A stretch of DNA of 63,011 nucleotides, filler included, from Choristocarpus tenellus KU-1152 (lineage: Eukaryota > Protista > Phaeophyceae): the NCBI GenBank assembly GCA_964200185.2. It is 12 parts of 12 records of this genome, joined end to end, with 100 filler letters (N's around TTAATTAATTAA, not from the genome) between each part and the next. Parts side by side here need not be neighbours in the genome. Positions count along the whole stretch, not along the records: positions 49,864 to 57,784 come from CAXNAD020005391.1; positions 57,885 to 63,011 come from CAXNAD020011786.1; 10 more parts are not named here. One strand, 5' to 3'. A program made the position numbers and the translations under genes. This document shows positions 54,075 through 63,011 of this stretch, in pieces (position 1 is the stretch's first letter; each line of letters opens with the position of its first letter). The notes beneath the pieces were generated by a model, which searched no databases, was not told where the DNA came from, and saw only the letters and a program-made list of their open reading frames with translations.

Positions 54075-55450
54075 ATGATCATGTACCTACAAGTCGCAGC
54101 CTTAATAACAATTGGCCTTTCTGGGTCAGAGGCATTCGTTGCCCCCTCCATTTACAAGGGTGAGCATTAAAGGTATATAAGTATCATATTTGTTTTTTGC
54201 ATGCTTTTCACTTTTGATGGAGGAGAATGGTTGAAGGAGTGTGCTCAACATCGCATTTCTGAGTGGTGCAAAACAGTTTGTTTAGATCACAGTTGTACCT
54301 TTTGTTAGGAGAAAATTGACTTTTGCCCGTGCTACCTCATGTATTATTTTCTCTCTATGTACCCTTAAACTTTCTCCACTTCGTTTAAGAAATGCTGTAT
54401 TGCGATTTATGAGTAATTCTGCAGTAACCTCAAAAGATGGGACCATTGAACCTCACCCTTCTCTTATCTCTTCTGACATAGTATCTTCTCAATCCCGAAC
54501 AGTCTTGCATGCAGCTCTTATTTGAGTTTAACTTTAAGGTTGATTGGACCTATCCTTAACCCAAATGGGTACGTGCTTCTCCTACAGGTGCATCCGTCTC
54601 CGCGCGTCAGCAACATCAGGCACTTCACTGCTCGGCTGCCTCACAGGAACCACAGTCTCGCCAGGAATTCCTAAAGACGTCGATAATCGCTTCCACTGCC
54701 ATCGCACTGACGATTTCAGCGCCTGCCGCGCTTGCAGATGATGAAGTGACTAAGGTGGAAGAAAAAGTGGTAGACAAGGAATACACCACCGACTCTGAGC
54801 TCAAATATACTATCAAGGTGTTGGGCTCTGGCGCTAAACCCAAAGCTGGGGACACCATCAAGGCACACTACACCGGTGTGTTATTGGGGTCGATTTGGAG
54901 GAGTAGCCAGTCCGTTGATCAATACCTTGTGGATCAACTCATAGGTCGCACTGAGTAGATGGGCGATTGATTGGTTCCAACTGGGGAGGATGGATTGGTG
55001 GTTTCTACCTCGCTATGACCGAGCCTTTCCAAGCAAATTGTTTCACTGTCTTGCCTAGCACCACCCTCCCCACTGATGCAAACCGTTGTTTTATTTGCTC
55101 ACAGTACCTGGAACTACTGCACTGCATTCGCTTGTTCTAGTGTGATACATGGAGGGGTGTGAGTGCTTCTGAAAGGAGAGGGGGGGTGGAAAACTGGGCT
55201 TGTATTGCACCCATGTGTGACAACACAGTTTTCTGTAAACGATCACATTTTTGTGGGGCACTAACCTTCAAGGACCACACCACAAACCTGGCATCAACTC
55301 GTTACATCCACTGAAACAGGGTGGCTGAATGGCTTTGACGATCAGGGGGTCAAATTTGATTCCTCTCGGGACCGTGGACGCGTTTTCTCCTTCCGTGTGG
55401 GGACAGGTCAGGTAATCAGGGCATGGGATGAAGCTCTACTGGATATGCAG
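54075..55450 (+). CDS. FKBP-type peptidyl-prolyl isomerase, predicted plastid thylakoid-lumen protein; last exon not located. Exons: 54075-54159, 54588-54875, 55320-55450
   Basis: Signal peptide [20 protein letters not shown]|FVAPS (ASAFAP-like), then a transit peptide, SRQEFLK plus a hydrophobic stretch ending ALA. FKBP core follows: [20 protein letters not shown]...[32 protein letters not shown]. Confidence 0.88.
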
Positions 55451-57434
55451 GTGAGTTTACTGATGTGGATATCCTCTAGTATAGGCTGGGTGAAGGTTTG
55501 ATACTGAACAATATATGAGGACAACATGGTGAGATAATGATTTTGCCTTCTATTTGACTGGATGAGTAGGTGTTCTTGATAACCTACAGTGGCAGTACAT
55601 GTGGAGATATGTTAATGTCCACCTCCGATAGGTGCAGAACGTTTATCTTGGTCGAAGTGTCTCGTAAACACATTATATTGTGAAATCACACACCTGTATT
55701 GTGGGCGCTATCTTCGCTTCAGGAGGCGGCAAAAGCTATCATACTTCACATGCGATCCCCCTATTCTCCCCATCTGCCCCCTTGAACTTAGTCTCTCAAC
55801 CTCCATCTTACCTCCGTAAACACTCCTGCACAACACAATAGGGAGAACCACCGATCGTAAATCTATTTCGCTTTTTTTTGTAGGCAGTTACATCTTCACA
55901 CATGGAACAACCAGTGAGTAAATCCCATTGTATTCTCACGTCAACATTGTATTACCCTAGAGCATCCAGCCATGTTCATTCCATAAAATCTGTTGTTGAT
56001 GACATTTTTTTTGTTATCCATCTAATACCCGAGTCTGTTTTGCTCCATGACGCCGGCTGTCCAGAACAACGCCTGCAGCCAATTGCTACGTTGATATTGC
56101 TAATATTGTAGTATATCTCAAACACATGAGTTTGAACTTCCCCAACCCATGGTCAGAGGCTGGGAAGCAGAAAACATGATATAGTGGGAAATGGAAAATT
56201 ATACATCTCTACAACTCCCTCGAAATATCCATTGTCCAGAAAATGCTTTGTTGCGTGTAATAGTTACGTCTTTAACTATTACGCGAGTGTTGCGTCGTCC
56301 AGTGTGTGAAAACATTCCCACACGCCTGTGTGTACCTTTTGAAATTCTAATCACCGAAGTCATCTTTAGTCTGCACTGACTTGGGGACCTACTGCGCAGG
56401 CTAGGACTCCCACAACCTGCCTCAGCCCGTGTGTCTCTAATCAGAAGACAGCAAGCTCCCCGAGCACTGAATCCTGTTTTTGAGTTGTGATTCAATTGGG
56501 TCCTTTGTGCGGTTGGAATAGCACTTCCTTGCAAATTGATAGCGTGTTTGCTCTGGGTGCCAATTGGTAAGACACATGGGTACACAAATAAGGTACACCT
56601 TGTGTACACCTCAAGCACTTAGTTGCAAGATTGAGAAAGGCTCTTTCTCGTGGACTGACGCCTTCTCCATGGACTCACATAGTGCAGGAAATAAGTTGCT
56701 GCTTCTTGCACCACCACCAAGCTCGCCGTTGTATAGTCATTCTGGCAAGTGTAGACGGTGGTGTTTCGAACCTCGTAGGGATTGGATCAAATCCGATTGG
56801 ATTTAAGTGGCAGTTTATTAGAAAATGAAAATCTTGGGACAGATCATTTGGTTATTTTGTATATTTCTTCCCGGGAATATTTGGAGGATTGAGAGAAGGA
56901 GAAACACAGGCACACAAACAAGCGCCGTAAAGACATCTCTAGGCCTGCACACTAAGCCGTGATGTGCCCAGGTATTCTGAAGATTGTGGGGTCCAGACAA
57001 GAAGCCTTTCATCGTATGTGAGTGGTTCCTTTCCCCTTTGCATCGCACATGTGAAAGTGATGAGTGTCTCTCACTTGTCCCCGTTATCTGCAATGTAAGG
57101 GTGGAACTGGAGGAAACAGTGCAAAGCCTGCAGTGCCTTCAAAGCCACCACCTCTGAACAGGTGGAAGCAAAAACATGCAGCTATGCTAATGTGCTAATG
57201 TGACAAGTACAATGTTATCTGATGTTGTGAACCGCCTCAGTACAGGGAGAGATATTGCCCGGGACACTGATAGTGGGGATCGGCAGCCTGGAGAGCTTAA
57301 GTGGAACCAGGTCCTGGCTACTTGTCTAGACCTCACACCAAACCCCCAGCAGGATTCCAGAGGATGGGCATGATGGAGACATCCGTAGGCAGGTCGAGTT
57401 AGAAGTTCTAGGGGTTGTGGAGGAGGAGCACAGA

Positions 57435-57615
57435 GACTCAAAAGTATCTGGGGGGGGTGGAGGCTGTCCATTTGGGGCCAATTTTTTTCATGTCGCGATT
57501 TTTGGATGATTTGGTTCTGTACTTTGGATGGATAATGAAAGTGCACCTTTCCTGATTTTGGTCCAAATGGACACCCTGGTCTAGACCCCCCACCCCCCCC
57601 CAGATACTTTGGGAC
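57435..57615 (+). mobile_element. MITE family A
   Basis: Both TIRs and full core. Confidence 0.88.
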
Positions 57616-58066
57616 AGAGCAAAGGAGACAGACAATAAATAGTTGAGTGGCGGAACCAAGTCCGCATTCACATAATGTCCATCGTGAGCGAGGGCAGCCT
57701 TGCAATGAACAACGCACAGGGGGTTCTTAATAGTTCCCCATGCATTGTGGGGGTAGTTCAGGTGGTCGTGGTGGGATATTGGTGNNNNNNNNNNNNNNNN
57801 NNNNNNNNNNNNNNNNNNNNNNNNNNNNTTAATTAATTAANNNNNNNNNNNNNNNNNNNNNNNNNNNNNNNNNNNNNNNNNNNNCTCCTTCAATCCTAAC
57901 CCTAACCCTAACCCTAACCCCACTCTTGTAGAATTCACCACTACACAACCCTCTCTCTCTCTCTGAGGTACGTACCTGGTCAAAGTTAAAGGTGACAGGG
58001 GATGAGTGTACAGGTGGTACTAACACAAACATCACACCACAGTCATCATAGAGACATGATACCCAC

Positions 58067-60420
58067 CTTGCTGGTATTGGCAGTCATGAAATACTCTGCC
58101 ACAAGATAGTGATATGTAAGTAGCTCATCCACCCCCCAAAGCATGAGAGTTCCATGCTGTGGAGGAAAGAGATGAGTGTGCAGGTCCACTGCCTCCACCT
58201 ACCAGCAAACAACAGGCATTGCCCTTCAAAACAAGTCATTGTTTGTTGCAATTCTCAACGGGGATCTAGACTTGAATAACCAACTATAATGAAGGTGGTC
58301 AAACTGTTCACACTACAAGTCAGGTGCAATGAACAGTCATTAGAAACGCATCACACTTGCACCCCAACTGGGGAAAGAGATCGTTCATGACACACTGATC
58401 GTACCTTGCATGCGGTGGCAATGATAGGCAATGATAGGGTTAGGGTTTAGTCACAACTAAGTCAAGTTAACACCACTTCAAACACACACAATAAGTGTAA
58501 CTGCCATACTGCAGAGTTGGTCCCGGGACAGATGACGCTCAATTTTTCCAATGTATTGGGGGGTACTGCCATGCACTGCGCTAAATATGACACTCACGAT
58601 CCCCTTCGTTCTCCTCATTTAGTGTCATATTAAGTGGTTAGGGTTAGGGTTAGGGTTAGGGTTAGTATTATATCAGAGGGTTAGGGTTAGGACACTGTCA
58701 TACCTTCCACACAAAAAAATGAAAAAAAGTCATGGTCTGTAGTCTCTTGCTGCAGACTAGCTGTGTCGAGTTAGGGCTAGGGCTTAGGGTAAGGACTTAG
58801 ACATCAACCAACGTGGGGTAGAGTTATTGATTCCATTGCCTCACCCGAACCATCAATCTCTTACGACTACACTACTATCAATATGGCCTATGACAACAGC
58901 AAGAGAAATAGCATTAGGGGATGACCATACCAGCATCCCTAACCCTAACCCTAATCCCATAGCCCTAACCTACAGTACAACTACAGCACTAACCTCCATC
59001 ACTTCCTTGAGGACGACATTCTCAATCTCCTCCAGACCAAGGGCTGATGTTGATACCTGTACCGATGGCGGTGCTCCAGTCGAAACGCCTCTCTGCATTC
59101 CCTCAAGTAAGCCCTGCAGCACTGACATCGCTGGCTGACCCCCAGCCAGCTTCAGGGAGCTGTCATTGTCCCTACCAGGCAAGACAGGGAGCATCTTGAC
59201 ATAGAGCTTGGTGACCTCATCACAGAAGGCACTGGCCAGGGCATCTGAGAGATCTAAGCCATTTTCTGATGGTCCACACCTATTTTGTACCCCAAACCCC
59301 AAAAGGCAAGAGAGCAGAGGCCAAGATATTCAGTGGGCTAATCACTAAGAGAATTGCAATGCTAAAAACACTTCACTTGATGGGGATGCTGCGTTGTGTG
59401 TGTGTGGTGAAAGTCATGGGTATTGCTTCCAAAAAGAAGGGAGAGAGTCATGTCCAACCAAAAGCTACTTGCATCAATTGGTGTGTGTAAAGTGTTGCAT
59501 AATTGTAACTGCCAAACCAAACCTCTTCCCTTCTAACTCTGGACGTACTTGAAGATTTCAAAAAAAGAAGGCATTCCATTCCACCAATTAACCTCTAACC
59601 CTAACCCTAACCAATTAATCTACACCGTACACTTGACAAGGGTTAGGGTTAGGGTTAGGGTTAGAAATGTCCAACAAAGGACTGGAAAGGAATCAACGCT
59701 ATGAGAAGTGGTGATGCAAATCAAAAGCACTTACGAGCAAAAGCTAACTCGGGTAAAAAACTTCCATGCACTAGATCACAATCCAAGTGTACAAGCAAGC
59801 GGTACAAAAATGGAGGCGTTTGGGCAGCTGAGCTCCACGGACAATGAGCACAGGGCGTATTGAAACAAACAAAAAAGAGTTTCAAAAGCACCCCTCACTG
59901 TTCGCCCTCAAGTAACTGAAATAGAATCACTATGATTCACAACAAACTCAAAAGTGAGATGTTCAATACCTTACCCTAACCCTAAACTACACCAAGAACA
60001 ATACAATCAGTAGAGATGAAGAATGGCCACAACGCACCTCACATCGAATATAGCCAGTAAGCACTCACCACATCACTCCACCTTCATCCCACATGAAACA
60101 ACTACAACAACACCAACTGACGAGGAACAAGCAAGTCCGCCCAATAAAACTGTGACAGATCCACCTCAAAGGCTACAAGGACGACGCTCAAAGGCCTGCT
60201 CAAAATCATCACTCCCAACCTTGTTCCTATAACCCTAACCTTGATCCCATCAAACACAGTAGTCACAAGAACCCAACACTGACATCATCCCCAGTCAACC
60301 TACATCAAAGCCATGAGAGTACAATGTCGAAGTCGCTGGGCACATACTTGGTGGTACATTGTGTCCCCATGACATCAAAAACCGATTAGCACATAGGGAT
60401 TATTAGTAATCAACAAGAAA

Positions 60421-60455
<35 letters not shown>

Positions 60456-62867
60456 AAACACAACCTTAACCCTAAGAAACCTACCACTGGACACCCTCCA
60501 TAAGGACCCTTCCTGCGCCAGTCTCTCATTGACCTGCCCACCTAGAAAGGAGTCGCCTGATCACCGCTCTAGCATCTTTCTTGCAAGCATTCTGTCCCCG
60601 GGACAGGGAAATCAGTTCCAATCCAGCCCCCGATCGATCAAGGAAGAGGTATGTACCCGTCCTCATGTTGGCAGTCAGTCCAGCTGTGTACTCAACAGTA
60701 CCTATTTCGCGTCCCTTCCCATCAACAGCAGCAGCACAGGGGAGATCATTCCGATAGACGTCCATCACCCCTTCACACACTCCCTGAGGATTGCTACACT
60801 GACAACAAAGGTGTATGCTGTGAATTAAAACCCTAACCCTGTGAATTAAAACAGATTGACTAAAACACATGGACAACGTGCAACCAAGTAACCTACCTGG
60901 AAATATTGGTAACTACCCAGTCAGGTAAATGTAGGGACTAGGGTTAGGGAGAGGCTTACCATGCACCCCAATGTTCACCAAATGTTCCAAAGCACTTGTC
61001 CAGAGGAGAAGCAACCCTAAACCCTAAACCCTAAACCCTAGAGTACACCAATTCGTTGTCCTGGAGGCTACCAGTCCATTGGAAAAGAGTCACCAATATC
61101 CCAAACGCTTCAAAGGGCTAATAAAGCAAAGGTATCAACATATATCAACATATATCAATCCTGCCAAAAACTCTCAACGATCACCTGGCACTGCCTGGGG
61201 TTGGGACTGGTGTCAAATATCTCAGCAGTACAGCCGTAGCGAACGCCATCAGACGAGAACTTGGGAGGCGTTCCTGCAAGGCTGCTTGGACGCTGGGGAG
61301 CAGCCGGATGCCAAGTTTCTAGAGGGGTGGAGGCGTTCGGAAGGAACCCACAGGTAAATTTGCATGAAATTCGAGGCACTTCAAGGACAGGGAAGAGGGA
61401 GTCTCATAGTACGATCAGTTAGATCAACTCAATCCTTTTACATCAAATATGTTAGATCAACTCAATCCTTTCACATCAAATATGTTGCGTACGTATATGC
61501 CAGGCGTTAGTTGGAAGCAGTAAGAGGCAGGGAGGGGACCATCATCAACTTCAACTGCAATACGTTCACCACCATCATCAACTTAAAACTGCCGCGTGTC
61601 CAGATGTTGTACTCTTCAAGCATAGAAAAAAAAGGGAGGTCTAACACCTAATCAACTGGGGTTGGACTCAATCATTGCGCATCGGTGTGATAAGAAGGTA
61701 CAAGGGTACCAGATCGCCAAATCGTGCTCTTACTTGGAAGGCGTTCTGTGCAACGAAGAAGGTGCTAAGGCCAAAGCCTGGATGGGCAAGGCGCTTGGAC
61801 CAGTCCTCCCACACAGATTCCACCTCAGACAGACCAACCCCCAGTTCCTGGTCAAATGGGGAAAGACAGACATAGGACATACAAAGTAGGAGATAGGAGA
61901 TAGGAGATAGGAGATAGTGTCAAGAAGAAAGTGCTCTTGCGGAAGAGTCGAATATCTCACCCCGATCAAAGAGCTGACAGGTTGGTCAAGGCGGGAGATA
62001 GAGTCAGGCAAGGGGTTTAAGACAAAAATAAAATAAAAATCAATCGCCGTATGACATCGACAAGACCAGACTGCACCAACAGGCAACACATCAACAAAAC
62101 TGTGCAGACAACACATCAACACATCACCAGAGCACATGAGGCATGAGGCAAAAGCCTATCCAAAAGGACTTTTTTGTTTCTTAAATTACTACTATTGACC
62201 AGGCTCCTTACAACGTTGGTCTGCAAAACACAAAAAATGAGGAGATGCAAAGCTCTCAGCAACTTTCCACTCCTCACTCAACCCAACCGTGACCCAAGAA
62301 CTTAGGCACCCAGCACGACCCAGTTCCTCGTTCACCTCTCACCAGTTGTACACATATCGATCATGTATCGAGCATGTCCCGTGTGAGAGTTAGGGTTAGG
62401 GTTAGGGTTAGGGGAATAAGGCTTCCTCCCGATGAGACATCGCATTCCAATATACATAGATTCACACAACCAAGTGAAGAACTAGGGGTTAGGGTTAGGG
62501 TTAGGGGAATAAGGCTTCCTCCCGATGAGACATTGCATTCCAATATACATAGATTCACACAACCAAGTGAAGAACTAGGGGCCCTTCACCTCCAGCACTC
62601 AGATCACAATTTCAAGAAACGGCTCACGCTAAGAAATGTCACCCCCTAACCCTCATCGTCGTCCCAGGGATACTTACGTCCTTCTGAGGGGACACTCACC
62701 TTGGATGCTGTCGGCGCAATGTCCTGCTTGAAAAGTCTCTGCAGGTATGGAAGGATGAGGGTGTGTTTGATGCTTGCCGTGGTGTCCTTCATTCCAGACA
62801 GAGCCATCACGTGCACCATGGCACTGTGTGTTGCATTTGACACCCTTAGCTTCAGGGCATGGTCCAC
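58067..62867 (-). CDS. Partial gene: mannitol-dehydrogenase-family C-terminal domain fused to a Bh0493-type uronate (glucuronate) isomerase. Exons: 62867-62700, 61847-61734, 61318-61185, 60793-60542, 59279-58994, 58198-58067
   Basis: All introns are GT-AG with matching phases (0,0,2,2,0). The first exon has LKLRVSNATHSAMVHVMAL (KxRxxNxxH catalytic motif); later exons have WSKRLAHPGFGLSTFFVAQNAFQKLGIRL. The last exon reads VDLHTHLFPPQHGTLMLWGVDELLTYHYLVAEY, which matches my recollection of the N-terminus of B. halodurans uronate isomerase (DMHTHLF...LLWDIDELLTYHYLVAE). Both ends lie outside the contig. Confidence 0.8.
61418..61485. repeat. 32-bp tandem duplication, intronic
   Basis: GTTAGATCAACTCAATCCTTTYACATCAAATAT x2. 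Confidence 0.85.
62388..62581. repeat. Tandem duplication of about 92 bp, each unit headed by (TTAGGG)n
   Basis: (GTTAGG)n-GGAATAAGGCTTCCTCCCGATGAGACAT...CCAAGTGAAGAACTAGGGG x2. Confidence 0.9.
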
Positions 62868-63011
62868 CTAACCATTTTTTTTTTTTCAACAACAAAGCGC
62901 ACAAAAGTCTGTTACACCTAGAGTTAGGGTTACACTTAGGGTTAGGGTTAGGGTTGCCTAATAAAGTGCACTGTCAATGAAATGGGTTAGGGTTAGGGCT
63001 GTGGCGGTTCA

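Noticed and set aside
57187-57717. ORFs sharing peptides such as KYLGGG, PPPRYF and RILTL (also at 15540, 18281, 33976)
   Set aside because: These are translations of non-coding MITE copies, not a protein family.
55451-57784. Final FKBP exon
   Set aside because: No segment encoding the expected GExR...P.LGYG...IPP motif was found; it is probably beyond the contig end.
29119-63011. Apparent carbon-metabolism cluster (M2DH, pyruvate carboxylase, dehydrogenase-isomerase fusion)
   Set aside because: The genes are on different contigs joined by artificial spacers, so there is no evidence of physical linkage.
62920-63011. TTAGGG repeats at the window end as a true telomere
   Set aside because: Short interrupted tracts inside an intron of the fusion gene; similar tracts occur throughout the window.

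Overview
Eukaryotic nuclear DNA. The window is not one locus but 12 contigs joined by an artificial 100-bp spacer (N44-TTAATTAATTAA-N44): 1-2752, 2853-9300, 9401-14730, 14831-18759, 18860-21969, 22070-24892, 24993-29018, 29119-43647, 43748-46365, 46466-49763, 49864-57784, 57885-63011. Adjacency across spacers therefore means nothing. Intron-rich genes, a signal peptide plus 'SEA-FVAP' plastid presequence, mannitol metabolism and TTAGGG repeats point to a photosynthetic stramenopile (ochrophyte); this is inference. Genes reconstructed by hand from splice sites and reading phase: a 14-exon mannitol 2-dehydrogenase with a long N-terminal extension, 7 internal exons of pyruvate carboxylase, a thylakoid-lumen FKBP, degenerate RCC1-like exons and tRNA-Pro(AGG). 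The most notable item is a six-exon, in-frame spliced minus-strand gene that fuses a mannitol-dehydrogenase-family C-terminal domain to a Bh0493-type uronate isomerase. Intergenic and intronic DNA is dense with three related MITE families (shared TIR core CAAAGTATCT, 4-bp TSD, nested copies). It also holds a decayed Ty1/copia element with its 3' LTR, a long-TIR foldback element, a hAT-like relic, minisatellites and interstitial telomere repeats. Most entries in the ORF track are spurious.
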